Part shown: piece after piece, positions 40,601 to 53,629 of the stretch
Layout of the letters: every line of letters begins with the position of its first letter
Position numbering within the stretch: position 1 is the first letter of the stretch
DNA from: Geosiphon pyriformis uo1
Lineage: Eukaryota; Fungi; Glomeromycota
Assembly (NCBI GenBank): GCA_016748015.1
Contig: JAAOMT010000591.1
Coordinates: 410,335-474,334, forward strand
DNA length: 64,000 nucleotides
Reading direction: 5' to 3'
Position numbers and translations under genes: made by a program
The notes under the pieces: model-generated
Seen by the model: the letters and a program-made list of their open reading frames with translations, nothing else
Database searches by the model: none
Told to the model about the DNA's origin: nothing

Positions 40601-41710
40601 TGAGTCCTTTGTATAATGGACAAAGATTCAATAATAATAGTTGGTTGGTGAGTTGTGTTCCCAATTTCTGTCTTCAGCTTGGTGGCCAGTTTATTCTGGC
40701 AGTTGTGCCCTTCTGATAAGCTATCCATTAATATATATATAATTTTACTCTTATTTCTGGGTTTTTTACCAGGCTATCTGTGACATCAATTACTTAGTGC
40801 TTTAATTCTTAATTAGTTAATATACAACAGTAAAAATCAAAGAAATAAAGAAATAAATAAAAATAAAGAAATAAGCCAAGGCAATATGCACGTTAGTATC
40901 TCGTCAATAGCCATGATTAAGAGCTATTGTTCTAGTGTGGTTAAGTATCAATTACTATTAACATAANNNNNNNNNNNNNNNNNNNNCCCAATTTCTGTCT
41001 TCAGCTTGGTGGCCAGTTTATTCTGGCAGTTGTGCCCTTCTGATAAGCTATCCATTAATATATATATAATTTTACTCTTATTTCTGGGTTTTTTACCAGG
41101 CTATCTGTGACATCAATTACTTAGTGCTTTAATTCTTAATTAGTTAATATACAACAGTAAAAATCAAAGAAATAAAGAAATAAATAAAAATAAAGAAATA
41201 AGCCAAGGCAATATGCACGTTAGTATCTCGTCAATAGCCATGATTAAGAGCTATTGTTCTAGTGTGGTTAAGTATCAATTACTATTAACATAAAGTGTTG
41301 ATAATGGAGAGTAGATTTGGATAGTAAATGATTTATTTATTTAATATTTGTAAATAAAAGATTTCTAAGTAAAAGATTCTTATCTTTCTACTTCTAATGC
41401 TATCACTATATATACATAATTAAAGTTCTATAAGATTGCTCACATTCCCAAGTAATGTGCTATGATTTTTTGAGCAATGTGTTATGATTTCTATTATTGC
41501 TCTACATTGCTGAGCAATGTGCTCACGTGCTACATACTATTCACTCATTGGTCTACTATTCTCCCTATATTTGTTTTTTTTTTTATAAGTAACAGTGGAC
41601 ATTAAAAATCTGTTGGCTAGAAATAACTCAGTCATCTCAAAAGAAGATAATACTCTTGGACGAACTCATGTGATACAACATACTATTACCACCAAAGAAA
41701 CTTGCCTTAT
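37640..41710 (+). pseudogene. Family C gag-protease-Cys-rich segment-RT N-terminus, interrupted at 40485 and 41711; no dUTPase
   Basis: Zinc knuckle CYYCGLTGHFLRDC (~38982), protease LDSRSSVSVI, GLCAWCWCNKP. Resumes at 41595 as VDIKNLLARN..LGRTHVIQHTI (RT start). Confidence 0.85.
40485..41594 (-). mobile_element. Solo LTR of a family-A variant (A'), TSD ATGG/GTGG; includes an artefactual duplication at the gap
   Basis: TGTTACAG at 40485 and agtaaca at 41594. R/U5 part homologous to 42050-42578. Confidence 0.85.
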
Positions 41711-42578
41711 TGTTACTCATAGAAATATAGGAATTATATTAGCATAATTATTAGCCAATCAGAAGTAAGCATAGTAAATATGGAATTCCAGGATTCCTCT
41801 TAGGAATTGCAGGATTCCAGGAATTTCAGGATTTCTGACAAGAAATTGCAGAATTCCAGAATTTCAGGATTTCTCTCAAAGGAATCGCAGGATTCCAAAA
41901 ATTCCAGGATTCCTGTCATAAAGAATTGAGGAATTGAGGAATCTCAATTATGTATATATAGCAGTAGTATTAGAAACAGAAAAGACAGAATTGATACTAC
42001 AGAATCCTTAGCTTAGAAACACAATCATCAAATAAATAATTATTTCATATCTCAACCCACTCTCTACTATCAACATGAAGTGTTGATAGTAATTGATACT
42101 TAACTATGCTGGGACAATAGCTCTTGATCATGGCTATTGACGGGATATTAATCTGCAAATTGTTTTGGCTTATTTCTTTTCTTTATTTATTTTTCTTTTA
42201 TTTTTTTTTCTTTATTTTATGTTTATTTGTTGTTGTATACTAATTGATTAAAAAGATTAAGCACTGAGTTATTGATATCAAGGATAGCCTAGTAAAAGAC
42301 CCAGAAATAAGGGTAGAATTTTATATATTATCAGATAGCTTACCAGAAGAGCACGACTGCCAGACTAAATCCGGCCACCATGCTGAGAAAAAAATTGGGA
42401 AAACTCTTGGGAAAATACATTTACTATTAACACTATTGAATCTCTATCCGTTATACAAAGAACTCCATCAAAACCTTAAGATACAACACCTTCAGATTAT
42501 TATCAACTGCTATTAGCTTTGAGCACCAAGTTATGGGTTTGTGAGTTAATTCAACAATAGAAATAATCACCTGTAACA
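41711..42578 (+). mobile_element. 5' LTR of gypsy family A, with GGAATTCCA/CAGGATTC-type repeats at 41782-41945
   Basis: TGTTACTC...CTGTAACA termini, followed by a PBS. Confidence 0.9.
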
Positions 42579-42580
42579 TT

Positions 42581-42597
42581 TGGTGCTCGCTGTGAGG
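42581..42597 (+). other. Primer-binding site of family A (TGGTGCTCGCTGTGAGG)
   Basis: 2 nt after the LTR end. Confidence 0.85.
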
Positions 42598-42640
42598 TAT
42601 AATCCTACAGAGAACCAGCACTGACAACACCAAACCAAAA

Positions 42641-45600
42641 GTGGCAGAATCAAAAACTATAGGAGCAAACCATTTAGGATTCGCAAAATCCTTATTTCAA
42701 CACTATTGTCAATACTTGGGATTAAACCACAATCATATATCCGCCAAATCAGCCTTCAATTTCTACGTCAATGAAAAGATTTCTTCTTTATTAGGAACAC
42801 CAGTGAATACTAAATCAGCAAGAAAAACTTTCTATAAGGAATTAATTCAAAACACCAACTTACCAACAAACCATAATTTTGCATCCATCATCATTGAGAT
42901 CAACAAAGAAATTGAACATCACACTCAACAAAAATATCCAATTACATACGCTAATAAAGACAAGGAAAAATTACAAACACCAGCAGTAACACCCAGAAAA
43001 ATACAGCCACCTGCTTGGAAGAAAAACAGAGTTGAATCCCCAAGCAACCCATCCTACCACTATACACCTGGAAATGCCATTAACATATCATCAACAGACG
43101 TGTTCACATCAATTATGACATCAGCATTTGGACGATTCCCATTCCAAAGTAAACAAAAGAAAACAAAATTGTTAGAACTATATGGTAAGTACTTTGAGAG
43201 ATTTAATTCGCAATCATCAACCCCATCAGGACTTCGATCACCACTGCCTCCACCAGATTTTAGAATCTCTGATCTATGGGAAACAGCGGAATCAGAAAAA
43301 GAGGAAGAAGAATCAGAGGATCAAAAATTCACTTACCAACACCTAATCACTGAAAACCTGGAAGTTGAAACCCCGAACCTTCAAACTCAGCAACAGTTAG
43401 AAAATCCGGAAATCGAAACTCCGAATATTCGAACACCACCAAATCAAAGAAATCAAGAACCCAAATTAATTAATCAGTAAAACTTATCTCCAGTAATTGT
43501 CATCAATCAACTGCTGATTAATCCCATAGCCGAATCCATACAGCAGCCACTTCAGCTACTATCCTAACAGCCAGGACAACAACAACTGCTTCAACAGCCA
43601 CCACAACCACCTAACTTAGATTCAATGGCCTATGTACCAATCACAAAACTCGACAACTTTACTGGTGAAGAAGATAACACTCAAATATGGCTGAACGATG
43701 TAGAAAAAGCCATTGCAGCCAATGAATAGAATGACACTCAAGCAATGCAAGCCATTCTCTACTTTCTCAAGAATACCACCAATTCATGGTATTAGAGCCT
43801 GGTTAATAAACCACAAAATTTCAATGCCTTCAAAGTGGAATTTCTAAGATACTTCAGCAACAATAACAGCATTAATCGCCTAGTTAATGCATTCACCACC
43901 ATAAAACAAGGAGAAACTGAAGCAGTCACCACTTACCTGGGATGTTTCCATCAAAACCTATGCCAAATTCAAGCAATTGATGCCAATTATTTCACAGCAC
44001 CACAGATACTCAATCAGTTTATCCGTGGCTTGCACAGCAGCATCTTGCAACATGTATGGCCATTGCATCCAGGTACCCTTCAAGACGCAGTTACACATGC
44101 CAGAGATTTCGGATCTGCCGAGTCAAAGGCTAACCATGCCCAAGCCATTAATCTAGTAATGAATGGATCATCTGAATTGGATTCCAAATTGGAGAAGTTC
44201 AGTGAATCAATTAATAAGAGATTGGAAGGATACTTAGCTGACAATTACGCCATTTATCAGCCTCCACAATAATGCAATAATCAAGGAAACTTTAATTGTG
44301 CCCAAAATCAACCACGCCCATCTTCATCAACCAATCAACAGTGGCAACAGGAAACGTGTATCTGCCACTATTGTGGTAAACAAGGACATATCCAAATTGA
44401 CTGTTGCCAGCATCTAAATAACCAATGATCAGGAAATCAATATCGAAACCCCAATTGCCAGTTCCAAACTCCGAATCATTATCCAAATCAGAGTCAAGAC
44501 CAATATTGAAATAATTATCTGCCCATGACGCAGCAACCAATCTATCACCCACCAGTATATTAACCTCCGATTTATTAGCCGCAGCCACAAGTAATATATC
44601 AACCGCCGCCCCAAATCATCTATCAACTTTAACCAATTCAAACACCAACCCAGAACCCAGCTCAATTGACATTAGGCAATCCTCGATCCAGAGTCACTCA
44701 AAACTGGAGATTGGCGATGATTGTTCACCAACCGATCCCCAATTTACTAAACTTACCATTAGGATTACACACCCAAAATTTGGATACCAGTCGCGTCCAA
44801 AACCCAAATTCTCAACATTATTTAAGTCTCCTAGTTACCCCAGAAAACGCCACATCCAACAACACAGGTTCCAATCAGCACATACCTACCAACACCATTC
44901 TACCAGCAACTATCTCTAGCGACAAATCCCTAGCCACCATCTTTCCTTTCAAACTCGAAGAAAACACCCCAATACTATTATTCAGTAGAGCCACTCTCGA
45001 AGAGAAACCCATAACAGCAATGTACATAGATGTCAGAGTTGATGGTCATCTTATCAAATTCATCCTAGATAGTGGATCAGCTGGCAGCATAATCACTAGA
45101 CAACTCATGGATCAATTAGGTCGCTGAGTTGATCAAGCTGCCAGCACCAGAATCATCACAGCCGATGGAGCGACCAAAACTCCAATCGGCGAAATTGATG
45201 ATTTCTCTTTTGAAGTCAATAGCATTGTGACTCCCATTAAAGTTCTAGTAATGGAAGCCACTTAATACCAAGCTCTCGTTGGTAATGACTGGCTATCCAA
45301 AGCCAATACAACATTAGACTGGAACACCCAGGAACTCCAGCTAATGTATCAGGGCCAACACATATATGTCCCAGCCATGTGTGGCCATTTCAAAACTCCT
45401 CCAAGAAAGAAACTATTGATCGAGCTAGAGAAGGAGAAAGAAAAGCCTACCTGAGAAGCCTACCAAGTATCATGAGCTGATGAAAAACACAACAAACTGT
45501 CGCTAATACTCTTCTGGGATGACAACAACAAGAAAAAAGAGAAACAAAAGGAAGAACTTACCTGAGAAACCAATGACCTGACATGGACTGACAATGACAA

Positions 45601-48600
45601 GAGCGAACTGACTTCAAATTGGAAATGGGAAGAAGACAAAGAAAATAAAGGGAAGGGAAAAAAAAAAGAGACCACTCAAATCACCACCACTTATAACACC
45701 TACACTACACCACAATGATCTATCTATCGTCAACCCAAACTTATATACATTGATTGTGGCAAAAAATTGTCGTCAATGAGTGCATGCTGTGAGGATAATG
45801 AGAAATATTCAATGGCAACTAGGTTCTATTGCCACCCATGTGTTCTTGAACGCTTTAGAAGACCAAAACGAGTAGGGAAATGGGACAATCAGCCATGCTT
45901 AGCTTGTGGAAAGACTCTCTTAGACAAAGGAATGTGGCATGACATTCCTGGACATAGAAGAATATGCAACATATCATGTCAATACACAATTCTAATAAGT
46001 GACTGGGTAAGGAAAGGAATCCCAATAGAAGCAGTCTAGAGAAGAGCCGTACAGCGACTGGACAGTTGCCCACATGATGATGACAAAATTTGGCAAATGG
46101 CACTTGCAAAAATCAAAGGGGTGATGTCAGAAGAGATAAAAACGATCAAAGACAACACCCCAGAATCTTTAGAGCTTAACTGGGATACAGAACCCATCAT
46201 AAACCTCCTGGATCTAGAACAATTCTACGAACACTATCAAAAATTAGCACCCACAAGGGAAGAACAAGAACAATGGTTAGAACAGTTGAATACTTGACTA
46301 TATCAACACTGCCTAATTTCCTGTGACTTCCAGTATTGCAATGAGTGTAACCTCATTTACAATCCACCACCACGTATGATCTACACGATCCCAGAAAAAG
46401 AAGAACCAATCAGCAGCTGCGCATCAAAATTAGAATTGCCGATCAATCGCGATTCAAACTCCGACAATGACGATGACAACAACGGTTCAAGCTCCATTCA
46501 AAATGGCAATGACAATGACAATGATTTTAACTCAAATACAAACTCCGATTTAAACTATGAACAATATATTGTATTACCAGATCTCTCCAAGGAACAAGAG
46601 TTGAAATGATATAGTGACAATGGGGAAGGTATTATGCCAGAACGTGCACATGATACTGATATAGGGTTTGATCTAAGATATTCAGGAAAAAATGCCATCA
46701 AATTGGAACCACATTCATGCACCTGCATTGATCTGAAAATAGCACTAGAAATTCCGGCAACAATCATGGTTCAATTAGCATCTAGGAATAATTTAGCAAA
46801 AAGAGGGATTAATATAAAAGGAGGAATAATTGATGTGGGATATGTAGGAAATATTATTGCTATGCTACAAAATGACTCAGAAAAGGCCTATGTAATAGAA
46901 CTCAATGAAAAGATAGCACAGGCAATATTCCTGCCTCTGGTTAGAATAGTACAGTTAGTATCAATAGAAAAGAGGGAGAAATTAGGAATAACAGCAAGAG
47001 GAATACAGAGATTCGGATCCACAGGTAGAATAGATGTACCAATTAACATGACAGAGGAAAAAATTGTTGACCAAGGAGAAATTATCTCAACTGGTCAAGC
47101 TATTTCTATTCCACTATATAGCCAGTACATGTTAGCAATAGAAAGAAAGGAAAAGGAGCAAGAACAGATGTTTGAAGTGGAAGCAACCCTTTGTGAATTG
47201 GGAGAGATTGGGTTGATCAATCTCCACATACCAGCCAAAAGCTATAGCAGCATAAAAATTCCCATCTACAATAATACTGGCAATGTCATCAGCATACCAG
47301 AAAGAACCACCATTGGATATTTAACCACAGAAATAGAAGACCAACCACCAAATCCCATTCCAGACTTTCCACAACTTTGTGGATATGTTGACATCACATC
47401 ACAAACAATCTATGGACAAGACAAATGTTATTTGCTCCAACCAGAACAATTGGAACAAATGAACATGGGAAACTTAGATCCACTCCAATGTATGCAGCTC
47501 AAGATGTTACTCAACAATTTCAATGACATTTTTGCCAGCAAAAATGAATTTGGCCGAACTGACATCATCCAGCATCAGATCAAGACTGGAGATGCAATGC
47601 CAATCAAACAAAGAGCATACAGAGTGCCGCCAGCCAGCCACAAGATTATTCATCAAGAGATAAACAGAATGCTTGACAACGGGCTAATTCAACTATCAAT
47701 GAGTCTATGGTCGTCACCAGTGGTACTCGTCCATAAGAAAAATGGAAAAATCCAGTTTTGTGTAGACTACAGAAAACTCAATAGTGTAACTCGTGGAGAC
47801 AGTTATCCAACTTCACAAATACAGGAATTATTCGATGCTTTCGGTGGGAACAAATGGTTCTCCACATTAGATTTGGACAGTGGTTACTGGCAAGTAGCCA
47901 TGAATCCAGCTGACAAAGAGAAGACGGCATTTACTACTAGAGAAGAGAATTTCGAATTTGAAGTAATACCATTCGGCTTAACCAATGCCCCAGCGACTTT
48001 CCAACAGCTAATGGAAATTGTTTATATGGGTTTATTGTGGAAATCAGTAGTTGTATACTTGGACAACACCAATGTATTCTTAAAGACATTTGATGATCAT
48101 CTTCATCATCTTCAACAAGTGTTTGAAAGACTAAGAAGAGCAGGACTGAAGCTAAATGCAACAAAGTGCTTCTTTGGCAAGACGAAACTCAAATTCTTGG
48201 GACACATAGTCAGCAAAGACAGTATCAAAATGGATCCAGAGAAAATAGAGATAGTAAAGAACTTTCCAGTACTGACCAATATAACAGAACTGAAATCATT
48301 CTTGGAATTTGCCAGCTACTATCATTGTTTTATCAAGAACTTTTCTAAGATAGCGCAGCCACTCAATCAACTACAAAACAAAAATGTGAAATATGAATGG
48401 ACAGAAAGTCAACAAGAAGCTTTTGATATTCTGAGGAAAAAGCTCATTCAAGCTCCAGTGCTGATCTATCCAGATTACAGCAAACCATTCATCATCACCA
48501 CTGATGCATCCGGCCAAGCATTGGGAGCAGTATTATCTCAGAGAGAACTGGACAGCAGAGAACATCCAATAGCATATGCCAGCAGAGGTTTAACACCAGC

Positions 48601-50804
48601 CAAAAAGAACTATGGAACACCGGAACAAGAACACTTGGCAATATACTGGGCCATCATAAAATAGAAAAAATACTTGAGCCAGAAGTTTGAAGTATACACA
48701 GATCACAAGGAATTAACATCATTCCAAAAACAAAAATTTGGAGATGGAAGACAGTCAAGATAGAAAATGGCATTTGCACCATACAATTATATTATACATT
48801 ACAAAAAGAGAAAAAACAATGGAAATGCTGATGGTTTATCGCGAATAAAACAAATCTAAGAATATTTCAACCCAAAAATATAATAAAACCAGAACAATAC
48901 CAACAGAAAAATACAACAAAAGATGAACATACAAAAATATCAACAATTACAACATTATCTAAATACTCAACAGTTCAAGAAGAATTTATCTCATACGGAA
49001 CGAAGGAGTATCAAACAACAATCAAAATATTTTATCACTCACCAAAATATACTTTATCAGAAAAATAGAAGAGATTCAGATCAACCAACCAGAGTAATTA
49101 CAGAGCCAGAAAAAGAGACAATATTATTCAACATGCACTCAAATCCAACAGCAGGACATTTTCACAAAGAAGCAACCATAGAAAGAACTAGAAAAAGATA
49201 CTATTGGCCATCAATGTACCCAGATATCATTCAATATGTTCAAAATTGTGATGCTTGTCAGTGAAAAGGAGGAACAAGACCCAGTGAACCATTAAGACCA
49301 ATCAAAGTGGAACAACCATTTGACCATATGGAAATTGATTTAGTTGGACCATTAACAATTACCAGCAGAGGAAACAGATACATAGCAGTAGCTATGAACT
49401 ATTTCACTAAATGACCAGAGGCAAAAGCAATTCAAAGAGTGGATGCAGAATCCATTGCCGAATTCATTCATCAGGAGTTAATTTGTTGACATGGATGTCC
49501 AAAAGAATTATTATCAGACCAAGAAACTTATTTTGTGAACAGAACATTAACTGAATTGAGCCAAAGATTTGGAATCAAAAGACCATTATTATCATCATAC
49601 CATCCACAAACCAATGGATTGGTAGAAAGATTTAACAGAATGTTGTGTGAAGCAATAGCCAAGCTCAGCCAAGAAAACCAGAACGATTGGGATTTGTTTA
49701 TACCTTCAGTACTATTTGTTTATTGGACAACGAAACAAGATACTACACAAGCAACACCATTTGAATTAGTATACGGGAGAATAGCAACGTTACCAGTAGA
49801 AAGAGAAATTAATACATATCCAGCTGAACCAATAACAGAGGAAAATTTTCAAGAAACATTGCTGAGAAGAACATATGACTTAATAGAAACATTGGAAAAC
49901 AAATGAAAAAGAGCAGCTGATAATATCCAAAAGTCACAAGAAACACAGAAAGAAAGACATGATAGTCAACTACCAGACAAACCAGTTGAATTCAAGATCG
50001 GAGACAAAGTATTACTACATTATACCAAAGTGAAAAAACAATGGAGTGGAAAATTTGACCCCAAATGGGATAGACCATTTCACATAGAAGAAATTCTAGG
50101 AAATGGAGCTTACAAATTAAGATTGGATANNNNNNNNNNNNNNNNNNNNNNNNNNNNNNNNNNNNNNNNNNNNNNNNNNNNNNNNNNNNNNNNNNNNNNN
50201 NNNNNNNNNNNNNNNNNNNNNNNNNNNNNNNNNNNNNNNNNNNNNNNNNNNNNNNNNNNNNNNNNNNNNNNNNNGGAGAATAGCAACATTACCAGGAGAG
50301 AGAGAAATTAATACATATCCAGCTGAACCAATAACAGAGGAAAATTTTCAAGAAACATTGCTGAGAAGAACATATGACTTAATAGAAACATTGGAAAACA
50401 AATGAAAAAGAGCAGCTGATAATATCCAAAAGTCACAAGAAACACAGAAAGAAAGACATGATAGTCAACTACCAGACAAACCAGTTGAATTCAAGATCGG
50501 AGACAAAGTATTACTACATTATACCAAAGTGAAAAAACAATGGAGTGGAAAATTTGACCCCAAATGGGATAGACCATTTCACATAGAAGAAATTCTAGGA
50601 AATGGAGCTTACAAATTAAGATTGGATAACAAAATTTTAACCAAAGCAGCACATGGAGATCGACTGAAACCATATCACAACATCATACTACCATCTACCA
50701 GTAATATTTCACAATTAAGAGTACAGAGAATACTAGTCCAACTAAATAAGATTTCACAAGATCTGGAACCAATTATTATTATCGACAACAACACGTTAAA
50801 TTGA
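42641..50804 (+). pseudogene. Family A gypsy polyprotein: N-terminal extension-gag-CCHC-protease-Cys-rich-dUTPase-RT-RNaseH-integrase, broken by nonsense codons
   Basis: All ORF fragments from 42641 to 50030 share one frame. CHYCGKQGHIQIDC, LDSGSAGSII, RT (FCVDYRKLN, LDLDSGYWQV, PFGLTNAPATFQ, YLDN), RNaseH TTDAS, integrase GHF/YYWP/CDAC and YHPQTNGLVERFN. Confidence 0.95.
46634..47030 (+). CDS. dut: dUTPase domain within family A pol
   Basis: All five motifs in order: GFDL, ASRNNL (normally SRSSL), GGIIDVGYVG, KIAQAI, RGIQRFGSTG. Confidence 0.93.
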
Positions 50805-50858
50805 TCCATCAAAAGAATATATAAAGACATGGTAGATACAACAGGAAATATCAGAAAA

Positions 50859-51183
50859 ATGGAAATTACAGACAACATTCACTTACTAGCACAACAACTC
50901 TTTCAATTAATCCAACACCAGAAAATGGAGATTACAATCAATCAACAAACTATTCAATATCAAGATACTAGAAAGACATTGCAACCCAGAACACAGAAGA
51001 AAACTGAAAATACAGTAGACTAAATCATTGTGAAAGTAAAATTAGCAATAAAAGAATCGACAAAAAAGTCACTATATCAAGAGTTGACTAAAGAAACTTG
51101 GAATTGGTGGATACAACAATTTCCACAAAACTATTGTTATTTTTACTTGGGACAACACGTAAATATCCAGAATCTATATATGA
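50859..51183 (+). pseudogene. Family A accessory ORF3 (N-terminal part), cut by an LTR B insertion
   Basis: MEITDNIHLLAQQLFQLIQHQKMEITINQQTIQY...YCYFYLGQHV aligns with family B ORF3. Confidence 0.7.
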
Positions 51184-53629
51184 TGTTACCAGTAGAATTT
51201 TAGCTATTAATTAGCATGAAAATTACCCTTATAATTCATATAATTTATTAGTATATTAATATCATTTCAAATTATCATTTATTATTTAATCAATTATCAC
51301 ATATTACAATTCAATTAAAATAATCTAATTAGTATAACAGAAAGTAGAATGATCAAATTACACAATACTCTGAACTTTATAACATTCAAAAATTCGCCAA
51401 AATTTACAGAAATTCGCCGAAATTATGAATAGTTCACCCAAATTAATGAATAGTTCAGCGAAATAACTTGTAGTTCATCAAAATGTATCTTTAGTTTGCT
51501 GAAATTTGAGCAAAAAGAAAAAGTGCAAGTTCATAGACTAGTACTACAACAAGTTGTATAAAAGAAGAGCTTTTCTCTTCTGGAAAATATATCTTACTTT
51601 AGATTTATCTCTTAAAACTGTTTCTATACACACAAAAAGAAATAAATATCAAATAATTCGAAAAACCAAATTCTTTAATTATTGTACTTGGAAAAACCCC
51701 CAAAAACCCAACTAACATTNNNNNNNNNNNNNNNNNNNNNNNNNNNNNNNNNNNNNNNNNNNNNNNNNNNNNNNNNNNNNNNNNNNNNNNNNNNNNNNNN
51801 NNNNNNNNNNNNNNNNNNNNNNNNNNNNNNNNNNNNNNNNNNNNNNNNNNNNNNNNNNNNNNNNNNNNNNNNNNNNNNNNNNNNNNNNNNNNNNNNNNNN
51901 NNNNNNNNNNNNNNNNNNNNNNNNNNNNNNNNNNNNNNNNNNNACCTGAACAGTGAAACACTTGCTACCTACTTTCAAGAACTTAATTTTAATATTATTA
52001 AGCATTGTGAAGAAAAATACCCAGTACAGTCTAAATACTTTTTTGACTTTGAATCAGAGACAAAAACAAGCAATAAAGGCAAACAAAGATTGAAACAATA
52101 CTCAAGAACCACTTCAAACACTCCAACACTACAAAAGACAACTGCCAAACACTTGCAAACACCTGAACAAGGAACCAGTGTCAAATTACCGCTTTCTATT
52201 ACACCATTTCCAATTTCACTTGTTCAACCACAAACACCAAGTTCACCACTTAGCCATTTCTCCAGACCAGAAGATTTTCAGTCACCTAAAAATCCTACTC
52301 AACAGCAGAAACCAATATCAACAAGTGCCAATATCATTGATTACTTACAAGAAAACAAAAGTAATCACTCAGAAAGCTTGGAAAGTAAAGAAACTGAATC
52401 AAAACCAGAAGAAATTACAGAAAATGAGGAAGAAATGGCAACTGCTTACATTGCAAAAATCCCAGAATTCACTGGTGAAGACAATGATACCAGTCCTCAA
52501 GAATGGCTTGACAAAGTTCAAAAAGCAGGAGACGCAAATGGTTGGATTGCAGCAAGAATGCTCAAAGCAATTCCCTACTTTCTCCAAGGAACAGCAGGAG
52601 AATAGTTTGAAAATTTAGAAGAACCATTCGAAAACTGACAAGCATTCAAAGATGCTTTTCTACAACAATTCACCGACAACAATACCTCTATCACTCTCAG
52701 AAACTGCTTTTGCAATATCAAACAAGAAACATCTGAATCTGTTATGACCTATCTTGGAAGATTTAACAAACTTCTCAGACGAATCTGACAATTGAAAACC
52801 AATAACTACTATTCTGATGCTCAAATCTTAGATCAGTTTATAGCAAGATTAAAAGACAAATTGATTAAGAAAGTCCGTCCACATGCTCCAACAGATTTAG
52901 CAACTGCTATTAGACATGCAAAGAGCTATGAAATGGCAATGAAAGAAGCAAATCACACCAAGCTTGTAAACCTTGCAATTGGAGAAACCAGCTCAGCAGC
53001 TGAAGAAAAGATAGACCAACTCGCAAAGAAAGTTAAAAGCTATTTTAAAAACCAACAACAACAGCAGCAACAACCACAAAAATATTAATCACCACAATGA
53101 TGCAACCAAAACAATTTTGGATTAACATCCAACAACCAATCTCAAAATTGTCATTATTGTGGAATTCCAGGACACTGGAAATGAGATTGTGGGAAATTGC
53201 AAAGAGACCAACAAAACAGAAGTAATCAACATTACTCTTCACCACAACAATCCTATTACCAATTTCCACCACCAACCTATTATTCACCAAGATCACAAAA
53301 TCAAAACTACTATCCACCAGCTCCACAATCAATGCAGCAACAATATCAGCAATCTTTACCAATTCAGCCATATCAGACACTACCCACTCAACAATATCAA
53401 GTACCAACAAGAAGATTGGTTCAACATAACCAATTCACACACCAAAATCAATTGCAGAATAACCACAACAGAATCAATCCAAATAGCCAGTTGGTTCCCC
53501 GAAATTCAGGCCAGCAAAGACCCAATCACTATCACACTCAACCCAGTTATCTTACAATACCAGAGAAATCGGATTTTCAACAAACTGCACTTTCTGAAGA
53601 TGAAGTTACAGTGCTAAGATTAAACCCAT
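51184..53629 (+). mobile_element. Family B element (+): 5' LTR from 51184 (runs into a gap) and gag, cut at 53630 by a second B insertion
   Basis: TGTTACCAG start; gag IPEFTGEDNDTSPQEWLDKVQKAGDANGW, CHYCGIPGHW. Confidence 0.88.

Noticed and set aside
40659-41293. Exact ~300-bp direct duplication
   Set aside because: Flanks a short N gap; unmerged contig overlap.
49776-50628. Duplicated integrase C-terminus
   Set aside because: Near-identical copies on either side of an N gap; assembly artefact.
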